Assembly: GCA_913051775.1 (NCBI GenBank)
Contig: CAJXCL010000003.1
Span: 3,492 to 67,491, forward strand
DNA: 64,000 bases
Reading direction: 5' to 3'
DNA from: an uncultured Nitrospirota bacterium
GTDB lineage: Bacteria > Nitrospinota > Nitrospinia > CAJXCL01
Below the pieces are notes generated by a model that worked only from the letters and a program-made list of their open reading frames with translations, did not search any database and was not told the DNA's origin. Below, piece by piece: positions 49,639 to 59,700 of the stretch. Both the position numbers and the translations under genes were made by a program. The number at the start of each line of letters is the position of its first letter. The first letter of the stretch is position 1.

Positions 49639-51567
49639 TCACTTTTTAACATTTCCCCAAATAGTTGCCAGTTCACTTTCCAGACTTTCCAAATGCCCCA
49701 ATAGTTCATGAGAATATCTATCGATCTCGGTCAAATGTCCTGAAATCTTTTTGATCTCCTTGCCATTATTAGATGCTGTTAGCTTCTCTGCTCCGGCAGT
49801 ATGGGTCCTAATATGTTCCACCCTGTCATGAAGTGTATGTAAATCTCCTAATGTATGGACAATATCTTTCAAAACATGGCCCTGCGCCCTGAATGGCTGC
49901 AAAATAAATAGATAACCTAGCGCTATAATAGCGGCCAGTAAAAAAGCCCCTTGCAAAATCATTGATTCCAAAGTTGGAAATACTCCTAAAAACCCGATTC
50001 TGGGTAACCAATCTATTGGTGTGGTGCGAATCAGGCCGCCTACCTGCAACTCCAAAATTCCTTTACCGACAAATACAAAAGCCATGTAATAAAGAATCAC
50101 GCTTGTTACAGTAAAAAAAGGACGAATCGGAATTTTAGCCGTGCCGTATTTAAAGATATAATAAATAACAGTAAGAACCAGGCATCCCACTGCAAATCCT
50201 CCCCAGATCGAAACACTACCGCCGGCTTCCGCATTTGAAAAAAGAGCGGAATAAAAGAGAATCGTCTCTGCACCCTCGCGATAAACAACAAAAAACGAGG
50301 CTAATCCAAGTGTAAAGATGCTTCCCTTTCCAATCGATTGCATCACCTGGTTTTGTATATAATCCATCCATCTAGCTGCCTCCGCCTTACTGGTAAGCCA
50401 ATAGCTGACGTAGAACAGTACTGCAGCGGCAATCAACATCGTGATTCCCTCAAGATTTTCCTGGCTCTCTCCGCTTTGAGTATATATTTTTAAGAAAAGA
50501 AGAGCCGTTACTACACTGAGCACAATAGCAGCGAGAGCCCCCAGGCCGACAATTTTTACTTTATCATGGTTGTCGGTTCTGCGAAGATAGGCGATTAAGG
50601 CGCTAATGATAAGGATTGCTTCAAATCCTTCTCGCACTATAATAAAAAAAGAGCTGACAAACAGTCCAAACCAACTAGTGGATGAATCTAAGCTACCCGC
50701 CACCTTGTGAAGTTGTTTGGTTAAATCCAATACGGCAGCTTCTAATTGGTCAGTAGACGAGCCTTTTTCGATCAATCCGCGAATGTTGGCAAATTTTGAT
50801 TCAAATTCTGATTTGAGACTGCTCGACTTTGCAGCCACCATACCTTCCATACCAAGGCCTTCAAAGATATCAAAATAGGCATCGGAAACCACGCCTTTAG
50901 ATTCTCTGGAATTGCCCTGTTTGTAAAGGGCTAATGCTTTCTGAAAAAGTTGTTCAATTTCTTTTGCAATATCTTGCGGGGATAAGTCACCGGGAGAGGA
51001 TTTAGCTTGGGTAGGGGCGCCATTAGTTGTTTCGGTATCCACGGAAGCGATGGCAGGTTGTATAATATATCCCGCTCCTTCTACAGCGATATTTTTTTGG
51101 TCGAGTATCGCAGCATCATGGTTTAGAGCTTCTGTGAGCTTGATTATCTCTTGATCCACCTTTAGTGAATCATTGGCAGTCATTCCTTTTCGGATTGTTC
51201 CGAACAGGCGCTCCAGTTCATAAGCTCTGGCTGAAGAGATATACTTTTTAACAACCATCTCCATTCCCATGGACTCGAACTTCTCAAAATAAGCATCTGA
51301 AAGAAGTTCTTTTGCATAACCGATATCTCCTGTGAGAAAAGTCTGTTGCGCTAAATTAATCCCTGCAAGCACTTCCTGATTTACCCCTTTCCAATTAGAG
51401 GGAAGGGGATTGGCGAGCACCGAATTAGTAAAGGGGGAAAGAAATAATAAAGTAACAGCGCTTATCCATACGAAAACTGTATGGTATGCAACAGTAACTG
51501 CATTATCCCCGCTAAACCTATTCTTGATTCTAATTAGTGCACGAGAATTTAGATCAACGTCATTCAT
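49639..51567 (-). CDS. FTR1 family iron permease with large N-terminal periplasmic region
   Basis: Two REGxE motifs (IVREGFEA, VYREGAET); duplicated AYF..FE..GME segments; His-rich C-terminal tail. Confidence 0.92.
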   Translation of the reverse strand: MNDVDLNSRALIRIKNRFSGDNAVTVAYHTVFVWISAVTLLFLSPFTNSVLANPLPSNWKGVNQEVLAGINLAQQTFLTGDIGYAKELLSDAYFEKFESMGMEMVVKKYISSARAYELERLFGTIRKGMTANDSLKVDQEIIKLTEALNHDAAILDQKNIAVEGAGYIIQPAIASVDTETTNGAPTQAKSSPGDLSPQDIAKEIEQLFQKALALYKQGNSRESKGVVSDAYFDIFEGLGMEGMVAAKSSSLKSEFESKFANIRGLIEKGSSTDQLEAAVLDLTKQLHKVAGSLDSSTSWFGLFVSSFFIIVREGFEAILIISALIAYLRRTDNHDKVKIVGLGALAAIVLSVVTALLFLKIYTQSGESQENLEGITMLIAAAVLFYVSYWLTSKAEAARWMDYIQNQVMQSIGKGSIFTLGLASFFVVYREGAETILFYSALFSNAEAGGSVSIWGGFAVGCLVLTVIYYIFKYGTAKIPIRPFFTVTSVILYYMAFVFVGKGILELQVGGLIRTTPIDWLPRIGFLGVFPTLESMILQGAFLLAAIIALGYLFILQPFRAQGHVLKDIVHTLGDLHTLHDRVEHIRTHTAGAEKLTASNNGKEIKKISGHLTEIDRYSHELLGHLESLESELATIWGNVKK

Positions 51568-51621
51568 AGTTCGTTTATTTGATGTTTTATGATATATGAC
51601 TGAACTACCCTTGTACTGATA

Positions 51622-52617
51622 TTAGAACTCTGCTGCTAACTTGAGAGTGGCTATATCTATATTATCATTAGTACTAGAATTATCATAATTTCCATGAAGG
51701 TATTCCAGGGAGGCTGAGACCCCATCCCATATCTGGTAAGAAGCGGCCACCCCATACTGGTCCTTCGGAGAAGTAAAAAATTCATCATTCCCTTCATACT
51801 TGATGGCAGCCTCTAACTTATCTGTAACGCCATAAGCAGCCTCAACGTTCCATGCCCTGGGTTGGTCTCCGTTTCCATCACTATCGCCATCTAAATCTGA
51901 AGAAGCAAAGTCATCGAGCGCTCCTAAATACTCGGCTTCTACAGTTAATGGTCCAAAGGTAGTCGAAACGAAAGCGCTAAAACCGCCTACTTCGTCTATA
52001 AAGTTACTGCCGCTCAACAGATCGGCGTCAGTATCAGCCATATCAGAGATATAGGAGGCCCCAAGGATAATTCCTTCCACAGGTGTAACTTCAATGGCAA
52101 CTACGTAATCATCCACAAGAGTATCATCTCCTATCTTCTTCACGTCCCCATTGAATGCACCTGCTTTAACAGTAAAGATGTCCTGATTGTAGGCAATGAT
52201 AAATGGCGATTCCCTGGTCTCACCCAATTGAAGTGTGATGGGATCGCTAACAAAGTGGCTGTTAAAGGCGCCAAAGGGGAGGTACGCCTTACCTACAGTC
52301 ACGGATAGACCATCGAGCTTGCCTAAAGTCATGGTACCCACATCGAATTGAAGCGGATCTGTATCATCTTCTTCCCATTTTAAATTTATCTGACCATGGA
52401 CATATTGGTGTAGGTTCATCCCTACAGCCAGTTCTGCAGTAGCTGTGGTGATATCACTCGCATTTGTGTCTCCTCCTGCTGCTAAATCTGTACTGCTGTA
52501 AAAACTTTCTGCCTCAAGAACACCACTGATCTCAAACTTTTCGGCCAATACAGGCTTCGGCAAAATTAATAAGCAAACAATCATTAAAACTATAAATTGA
52601 ACTTTTTTCACTCTCAA
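51622..52617 (-). CDS. LbtU-like outer membrane porin
   Basis: Signal peptide; ISGVLEAE, ATAEL, YLPFGAFNSHFVSDPITLQLGETRE motifs; terminal Phe typical of beta-barrels. Confidence 0.78.
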   Translation of the reverse strand: MRVKKVQFIVLMIVCLLILPKPVLAEKFEISGVLEAESFYSSTDLAAGGDTNASDITTATAELAVGMNLHQYVHGQINLKWEEDDTDPLQFDVGTMTLGKLDGLSVTVGKAYLPFGAFNSHFVSDPITLQLGETRESPFIIAYNQDIFTVKAGAFNGDVKKIGDDTLVDDYVVAIEVTPVEGIILGASYISDMADTDADLLSGSNFIDEVGGFSAFVSTTFGPLTVEAEYLGALDDFASSDLDGDSDGNGDQPRAWNVEAAYGVTDKLEAAIKYEGNDEFFTSPKDQYGVAASYQIWDGVSASLEYLHGNYDNSSTNDNIDIATLKLAAEF

Positions 52618-52669
52618 TCTCCTTTTTAGTTGAAATACAGTTTTTATAACAAACAGAGAATAATCAGCA

Positions 52670-52708
52670 AAATGCCCCGGCTATTTTTTGTTATTGACCG
52701 GGGCTATT
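52670..52708 (-). terminator. Imperfect hairpin between p19 and the porin gene
   Basis: AAATGCCCCGG...CCGGGCTATTT inverted repeat. Confidence 0.3.
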
Positions 52709-52827
52709 TACAATATTATTGCCAATAGTTCACTGATTTTCCCTGCTGTTTTTATTTGAACTATCGTTCCAGAATTTGTATGAGGGAAAGAAAAACACTC
52801 CCACAAACAAACTATCTTTATTTGTAC

Positions 52828-53370
52828 TTATTTTGCTCCTTTAAAATCGAAATCCCACGTAGCATTAAAAGACTCCCACCATGGAGCGACGCCTGATACA
52901 GGGTCCGTATGCCTTGCAAGTTCACGACTGTCGGGTGGAGCTATATGAAAGATTAGCTTATACTTACCATAAGGGAGGAATATTTGAGCCCCGTAATGAG
53001 GGCCGTCTTTTGCCACCATGGGCAAAGCCTTCCCTTGGATCATTGTCCCGTTTGTGTCTTTAATAGTGTAGCCGACCCTAAGATTTGGAATCCATTCTCC
53101 GGCGCCAAATCCATTTTCATTTCCTTGAATGGCATGAATGTCTGCTTCAATATGAATGGTTTCTCCCGTTTTTTTCTTTTTCAAATCACCCATACTCGAC
53201 ATGCCTTCCATTTTTACCGGTGGTAGCCATACGGCTGCAATTTCCAACTTGTTTTTTTCAATACTATCGCCGATAGGGTACTCCCGGAAAGGAACTTCTC
53301 CTTGTGCAATAGAGGAAAACATAATAGTTAAAGCTAATCCAAAAAAAATCGTTTTTCCTGAATGTTTCAT
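52828..53370 (-). CDS. p19/Tpd/FetP-type periplasmic Fe/Cu-binding protein
   Basis: EYPIG, EIAAVW, HIEADIHA..GN.NGF..GEWIP, MVAKDGPHYG and RHTD...GV.PWW motifs. Confidence 0.93.
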   Translation of the reverse strand: MKHSGKTIFFGLALTIMFSSIAQGEVPFREYPIGDSIEKNKLEIAAVWLPPVKMEGMSSMGDLKKKKTGETIHIEADIHAIQGNENGFGAGEWIPNLRVGYTIKDTNGTMIQGKALPMVAKDGPHYGAQIFLPYGKYKLIFHIAPPDSRELARHTDPVSGVAPWWESFNATWDFDFKGAK

Positions 53371-53684
53371 TTACTCTCCTATTTAAATGTAATAAATGTA
53401 AAATTATAAAAATGTGTACGCCAACTTCGTAATGCCAGATTGTTTTGTCGGACATCTGAAAGTTCGTTCTTTCCAGATTCCCTCTAAAATAATTTGACAA
53501 CACCCCTACATTAGTAAAACTTCTCAGAATCTTTGCTCAATGATCTTTTTGACACCTCCTTCCTTTATTGAGAGATGGAGGGACAGTACTTGCGAGAGAG
53601 AGGAGGGTAATGCAAAATTATTTATTAAACACAAGTACTGCCCAGACATATTATTTATACACAGCAATAAATTTTCAAATAAAT

Positions 53685-53708
53685 ATAATGATACGTATTA
53701 TCATTATC
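53685..53708 (-). promoter_or_regulatory. Fur box
   Basis: Minus strand GATAATGATAATACGTATCATTAT; the first 12 nt match the consensus GATAATGATAATCATTATC exactly; lies just downstream of a consensus promoter. Confidence 0.8.
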
Positions 53709-53721
53709 AAGTAATATGAAA

Positions 53722-53750
53722 AGTATATACAAGCTGCATGGTCTTGTCAA
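53722..53750 (-). promoter_or_regulatory. Sigma70 promoter of the iron-uptake locus
   Basis: TTGACA, 17 nt spacer, TATACT on the minus strand. Confidence 0.75.
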
Positions 53751-53815
53751 GCTTTTTTTATTTTATTTAAAAAAGGCAGTTGCATAATAAGACTATGAAT
53801 ATAAAACTGAACTCA

Positions 53816-54010
53816 TCACGCAACAGATTCTGTTTCGAGCAGAATCTGTTTGCTGTCCATCTCATGTATTGGAATCTCCCTGCTTTGTCCAAGAATGGTT
53901 TTTGCCTGATCACGGCCTATAACCATCGCAGTGTCCAAAAATATATATTGGAATAGTCCTTGACGTCCTAAAGTTGTGATATTTTTAAAACGGTGTTTGT
54001 AGATTTCGGG
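53816..54010 (-). pseudogene. Possible FAD-dependent oxidoreductase C-terminal remnant
   Basis: Manual translation FKNITTLGRQGLFQYIFLDTAMVIGRDQAKTIL resembles the GR.G.F.Y...D.A...G end of PPO/UGM-like flavoproteins; no start. Confidence 0.35.
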
Positions 54011-54246
54011 TCAAGTCATGAACGACATTTTTCGGACTGGCTGATTAGGAGATTGTCATAACAAAATATAGAGTTTTTTTGAAGCACCTTAAAATCTTAT
54101 ATTTTAAATGATAGGGAATGGATACAGGAAAAGCGGGATTGGTGTTTTGCGAACGTATTTCCCGGAGACTTACCCTAAGCCACTCTTGCGCCGGGTGAGT
54201 ATTGTGGGGAACTTGGTTATGTTAATGGTTTTTTTTTAAGAGGGGT

Positions 54247-54322
54247 TGGTGGGCGGAACAGGGCTCGAACCTGTGACATCCGGCTTGTAAGGCCGACGCT
54301 CTCCCAGCTGAGCTACCCGCCC
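54247..54322 (-). tRNA. tRNA-Val(TAC)
   Basis: GGGCGGGTAGCTCAGCTGGGAGAGCGTCGGCCTTACAAGCCGGATGTCACAGGTTCGAGCCCTGTTCCGCCCACCA; full cloverleaf with CCA. Confidence 0.97.
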
Positions 54323-54357
54323 TAAAATAATTGGCAATATAGTTTTAAAAGACTAAA

Positions 54358-54386
54358 AGTATATCTATCGATAAATTAAGTGTCAA
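54358..54386 (-). promoter_or_regulatory. Sigma70 promoter of tRNA-Val
   Basis: TTGACA, 17 nt spacer, TATACT; about 35 nt upstream of the tRNA. Confidence 0.75.
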
Positions 54387-54397
54387 GGTTAATTTAA

Positions 54398-55171
54398 TTA
54401 ATATATCTTGATTATTTTTTTGATCATAAAATCAGCTTCGTAAATAGATTCTGAATCCTTAATTACTTCTCCCCTTAATGCCATGAATTTTCCTACGTAC
54501 TGCTTCAGATCCTCCTGTAAAGAACCTTTGATATAATAAACTCTTTTTTTTCTTTTGCTTTTATTGATTAATGCAAGCTGTTTCCCTTGGTTTTCCCAAT
54601 TTTGAAGTGTGCCATATATAGTTTTGAAAGGTTTTTTGCTGGATTTTTTAATTTTTTTCTTAATACTCTCTGAACTTAAAATTACCGGTAAATCACTCTG
54701 TTTAACCACATAAAATCCATAATGTATTGATTTAAAAGGTGGAATGCTGTATTCCCTGTTGCTATGAAAATAAAATGCTTTCACTTCAATCTTTTCTTTG
54801 CTCTCATGCTCAAGTATTTTTACTTTATCTATTTTGTAGTTATCAGTTGGATGAGAAAGAATCGCGATAACCATTCTTGATGAGAAGTCGTTTCTGAGTA
54901 ATTGTCGTTCGAGACGTAGTGCTTTGTTATGTGTTGTAATGTTCCGAATTTTTCTGAATTTGTTAAATAAATAGGTAACACCATCTTTTGAACGGATGAC
55001 ACTAATGTATGGAGGCTGGCTTAAGTTGGTTCCCTTAACAGTGGTTATGAAATTTCCCTGGTATTTTTTGATAAGCCTGATTTTTTTTGGGGAGGCATGG
55101 AGAAAGGTAGCATGTAAAGAGACAAAAAGCATGATGGTTATAATTTTTAAACCCGATTTTCTACTCTTCAT
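54398..55171 (-). CDS. Exported, very basic hypothetical protein (possible PrcB-like domain)
   Basis: Signal-like N-terminus, 257-aa open frame; MVIAILSHPTDNYKID...HYGFYVVKQSDLPV is loosely PrcB-like. Confidence 0.6.
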   Translation of the reverse strand: MKSRKSGLKIITIMLFVSLHATFLHASPKKIRLIKKYQGNFITTVKGTNLSQPPYISVIRSKDGVTYLFNKFRKIRNITTHNKALRLERQLLRNDFSSRMVIAILSHPTDNYKIDKVKILEHESKEKIEVKAFYFHSNREYSIPPFKSIHYGFYVVKQSDLPVILSSESIKKKIKKSSKKPFKTIYGTLQNWENQGKQLALINKSKRKKRVYYIKGSLQEDLKQYVGKFMALRGEVIKDSESIYEADFMIKKIIKIY

Positions 55172-55294
55172 GCTAATATTACAGAATATTGGGGAATTGG
55201 AATAGTGGATCTTTTTGATTTAAGATGTCAGATTGCAGGCTTTGGATAGTAGATTTTAATTCTAAAATCCAAGATCGTCAATTAGTTTTTTTAT

Positions 55295-56380
55295 TCACTC
55301 TATCCATTCTGCAGTAAAAATATTTGTGTCGCTATTTTTTTTATTGAACCTGTTTGAACCAAAAATTAAGTGCCTGCCGTCGCGCGTAAACATTGGAAAT
55401 CCATCGAACGTTTCATTGAAGGTTATTTGCTCAAGCCCGGTACCATCAATATTAATAGTATAAAGGTCAAAGTTTCTTCCTTTTTTATCGTTCACATTTG
55501 AAGAGAAGATAATCCTTTTGCCGTCAGGATGAAAAAACGGAGCGAAACTTGCTTTGCCAAAATCAGTGACCTGCTTCATATTTTTTCCATCCGCGTCCAT
55601 TATATAAATTTCTAAAGCTGTAGGCCGAAAAAGGTTGTTTTTAACTAGATCATCATAATCTTTTAGTTCTTTTTCTGTTTTGGGCCTGCTTGCCCTGAAA
55701 ACAATTTTTGAACCGTCAAAAGAGAAAAAAGCGCCTCCGTCGTAGCCTTTTAAAAAAGTTAAACGCTTTTGATCACTGCCGTCGAGGTTCATCGTATATA
55801 TTTCAGGGTCATTGTCTCGCATGGATGTGAAGACTATTTTGTCCCCTATCGGAGAGAGGGTAGCCTCCGCATCATAGCTGGGTGTATCGGTTAAACGTTT
55901 CAAGTTTGAGCCATCCACATTAGCCAAAAAAATATCAAAAGAGTTATAGAGTTTCCACACATAGCCTTTTGACCTATCCGGTGGTGGTGGACAGTTGCTG
56001 TCGACAACGTGAGTAGATGCGTAAAGGATTTTTGTATCGCCAGGCAAAAAATAAGCACAAGTTGTTCTTCCTTTACCGGTAGAGACCATTCTTTTACCGC
56101 TACCGTTAAGGTTCATTGTGAATATCTGATCGCATTTTAAATCGCCTGTTGTCGCTTGGTAGATTAGTTTCTTTTCATTAAATGATAAATAAGCCTCGGC
56201 ATTTTCCCCTCCATCAGTAAGCATTTTTATGTTTTTCAAATGCTTTTCCCCCTTTATATGAAAAGGATCGTCGAGCGCAGGCTCGGAAAAACTGTAATTA
56301 AAGGCTGTCGGCATGACGACGGAAAGTATAACAACTAGGAAGGCTAATATTTTTGATTGTTTTGATAACTGCATATTCAA
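55295..56380 (-). CDS. TolB-like PD40-repeat beta-propeller protein
   Basis: GENAEAYLS, YDAEATLSP.G.KIVFTS, GYDGGAFFS.DG, APFFHPDG and FDGFPMF repeats; signal peptide. Confidence 0.92.
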   Translation of the reverse strand: MNMQLSKQSKILAFLVVILSVVMPTAFNYSFSEPALDDPFHIKGEKHLKNIKMLTDGGENAEAYLSFNEKKLIYQATTGDLKCDQIFTMNLNGSGKRMVSTGKGRTTCAYFLPGDTKILYASTHVVDSNCPPPPDRSKGYVWKLYNSFDIFLANVDGSNLKRLTDTPSYDAEATLSPIGDKIVFTSMRDNDPEIYTMNLDGSDQKRLTFLKGYDGGAFFSFDGSKIVFRASRPKTEKELKDYDDLVKNNLFRPTALEIYIMDADGKNMKQVTDFGKASFAPFFHPDGKRIIFSSNVNDKKGRNFDLYTINIDGTGLEQITFNETFDGFPMFTRDGRHLIFGSNRFNKKNSDTNIFTAEWIE

Positions 56381-56540
56381 ATTAAAAAACTTTGGAATAA
56401 TAATTAATAGCCATGAAATGGCGTTACTAAAATATTTTACCCTTCCAAGGGTAAAATATCATTAATGATTCTTTTTTTCTAAAGGACTAAACGATTTTGA
56501 AGCAAAGTATACTTCAAATTATGAAAATAATCATCTTTTT

Positions 56541-56667
56541 AATTTTGACTTTCCATGCCCTCGACCCTTCGGGCGGCTTTCCATTGGGGAACCGTTCAAT
56601 TTTATCATTGTGATAAAGTTATGACTATCAGTTTTCCTTGCCGAATGGTGGTTGAGGTCCTGCCGCA
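56541..56667 (-). repeat. Repeat family A, copy 4 (degenerate)
   Basis: Minus strand GCGGCAGGACCTCAACCACCATTCGGCAAGGAAA...GGAAAGCCGCCCGAAGGGTCGAGGGCATGGAAAG. Confidence 0.75.
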
Positions 56668-56720
56668 CTGAGAAAAATAATTATTTTAATTCTCTCTGAG
56701 GTTTTTGCATTACAAGTTTA

Positions 56721-59700
56721 TTACCTCGCCTCTACTTCCACACTCACTATTTTTTCATTTCCTTCTCGCAGAAAAGTAATAACCACAGTATCTCCCGGTT
56801 TCATTGATTTCAAGAAATCGGAAAAAGAGCGTAAATTGTCAATTTTATTTCCATTAACGTGAGTTAGCATATCATCTTTTTGTAATCCAGCTTTTTCAGC
56901 AGGTGAGTCCGGTAAAGTGCCGATAATTTTAATGCCTTTTCCTTCAAAAGCAAAATCAGGAATTGTACCCAAACTAATTTTTCTCCCTTGATCCGGCTCT
57001 GCTGATTTCCTGGATGCGAAACCTCTTTGTGTGTCAAGCAATGAAGTCAACTGCTCCTCACGGCCGGCTAAATACTCAACAGCTTCTTTTAGTACCGACG
57101 CAACTTTTACCAGCCCTGCCTTATCCACCTTGTCAATCGTATCAGTAGGACTGTGATAATCGAGGTGCGGCCCGCTGAAAAACTGCACTGCCGGAACCCC
57201 TGCATCGAGAAAACTCTTCTGATCGCTTGAGCCAAAATCTTTGGAGACCGCTTCTATTGGAACGCCGGTAACATAACTCGCTCCCATAAAAATATGAATC
57301 CACTCTCGTGCTGAACCTGTGCCAAAAATCATGAGTTTTTTTTTGCCCAGCCTGCCTACAGTATCAAGATTTAGGACTCCTATGATTTTATCTACTGGAA
57401 ATTTTTTTTCGATCTTTACATAGTGTTTTGAACCCAGTAGTCCTGCTTCTTCTCCGGTAAAAGCCACAAAAACTACAGTGCGGTCTGGTTTCCATCTTTT
57501 TCCCAATATTTGAGCAAGTTCCAACAGTATAGCCACACCGCTGGCATTATCATCCGAGCCCGGATGAATTTTTCCTTTATTACCCTGTCTTACATCCGGC
57601 CATCCAAGGCCTAGATGATCGTAATGAGCGCTTAAAACTACGCTTTGCCCTTCCAAATCAGGATTGCTACCACGAATGACACCTACAACGTTTTTTAAGG
57701 CTATATTTTGGTTAAATTCACCATTTTTTTCATTCCATTCCTGAAAATAGCTTCCTTTTTTACCACTTATTGTTTCCAAGCCTGCCTCATTAAACTTGCT
57801 GGCAATGAAATCCGCTGCTTTATCCAATTCCGCCGTCCCTAAACCGCGTCCCTTCATTTTTTTATCAGCAAGAAAACTAATGATACTTGTCATCCTTTTT
57901 GCTGAAAATACCGCCGGCAAATAAGCAAGTGCCTGTCTTGGTACCAGCTTTGTAACAACTCCCACTGGTGTGGTTTCCGCTCTTTGTAAAGGAAGAGAAG
58001 ATGGAATTTCTTTGTTGTCAGATAGCTCAATCGGTACGGACATGGGTGAATTCAACGTAGGCCACCGGCCCTTTAAAACAATAGACGGTTCATCCCCTTC
58101 GAAGGCAAGATAGCTGTATTTGCCGTAATGCGGTAGTTTGCGTCCGAGCCCTGGAATGGCTGAAGCATTATCCGTTGAGACCCATGCCAATGCAAAGTCA
58201 GGTTCATCAGGGTGTCTGGTTGTAAATATTGTGGAATGATTTTTTCTTTTTATTTCGTTTTCTCCAATGCTTACCCCAGAGTTATTGATAGAAACATCAT
58301 AGCCCTTCATTGCGTCAATAATTTTTGGATTAAAAAGATTTTCTTTGCCGAATAACCATACGGTACGGTCTGCAGGAAGTTCATTTATTTCATTATCCAG
58401 TTTAATTTCCATTTGTCTTGACGGCGACTTTTGCCAGGATTCGGCAACTTTGCGGTATTCATTGAGAATATCTTTGGAAGCTAATGAAGGAAGGATGATC
58501 AGGACTTTATCCGAACCGAACGCTCGGGAAAGGGCAGGGGGGGTCTCATACCTGTCTAACTGCCGAAAAAGATCGAATTCAGGGTCAACTTTCAAACGAA
58601 GAGGTTTTGAAGGAACATGAAAGGAAACTTCCAAATGCCTGTCGTTCATTAACACTCTAGTTTGGTACGTCTCTTCAAAATCTTGCAGGGTAACGGTTAT
58701 CGGTATACGCAATGTATAAGCCGGAGCTTCTTGAATCTGCTCCAAAACAGCAGTAAGCTGATACCCCTTTTTATCAGCTTGTGCTGAGGCATGGTTGATA
58801 CGTATTTCAGGAGCTCCTGTTTGCTTTATCCACTGGTTAAATTCAATCTGTAAATCTTTTCCTGAAACTTCTTCAAAAACTTCTCTCAAATTTTCAAATG
58901 CTGCGCGTTTAAACTTAAACTCTTGATAAAATTTCTGCAAACCCTTAATAAAAACTTTGTCGCCTAACTGCAGACGAAGCATATGAAAAAACATCAGGGT
59001 TTTGCCGTAGCCTACAGCTTCTGTGGCTGAACTGTGGCGTGAGCGAAACTCTGTTAATGGAAAATCCTTACTCTCTGCCGCATAATCCGTGTATTTCTGC
59101 AAAGTCGTGCGGCGGTATTCCTTTCCCTGTCCCCGTTGTTCTTTAATAAGATGGTCGGAAAGATAAGCGGTAAGGCCTTCACCCCAGTTTCCAGAGCTCA
59201 AATCCACAAAGACTCCATTAGCCCACCAGTTATGCAAAATTTCGTGCGGATAAGAAGAATGCAAAATGAATGGAAAGCGGATGATTTTAGAACCTAGTAA
59301 AGTAAAGGAAGGCATCCCGTAACCGGTCTGCCAAAAATTTTCTATTAACGCAAATTTTTTGTATGGATAAGGACCTAACAACTTGCTGTACATTTTTAAA
59401 TATTGAGATCCTGTCTCTAAATATTTGTTAGCTAATTTTTCATCAGGATTGCGCAGGAAAACCAATGTTTGTACAGACCCGGCCTGTTTACTATATTCAG
59501 TAAATTTTCCGGCAATAAGATAAATCTCATCCTGCGGGTACTGTGATTTCCAACCGGCAACAATCGATTCTTCCCTTGTTCGTTCTCCCTGGCTGATTGC
59601 CTTCCATCCCTGTGGCAAATGCACTTTCATTGAAAAAGTCACCAGGTCATCGCTGAACCACGGATACCAGTAACTTGAAGAGGCAAGGTATATCCCGTTG

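Noticed and set aside
49457-49711. 84-aa plus-strand ORF
   Set aside because: Translation of repeat family A copy 3 running antisense into FTR1.
53824-53850. CAGATTCTG-TTTCGAG-CAGAATCTG hairpin as a terminator or operator
   Set aside because: No U-tract, and it falls within the putative oxidoreductase remnant; function unsupported.
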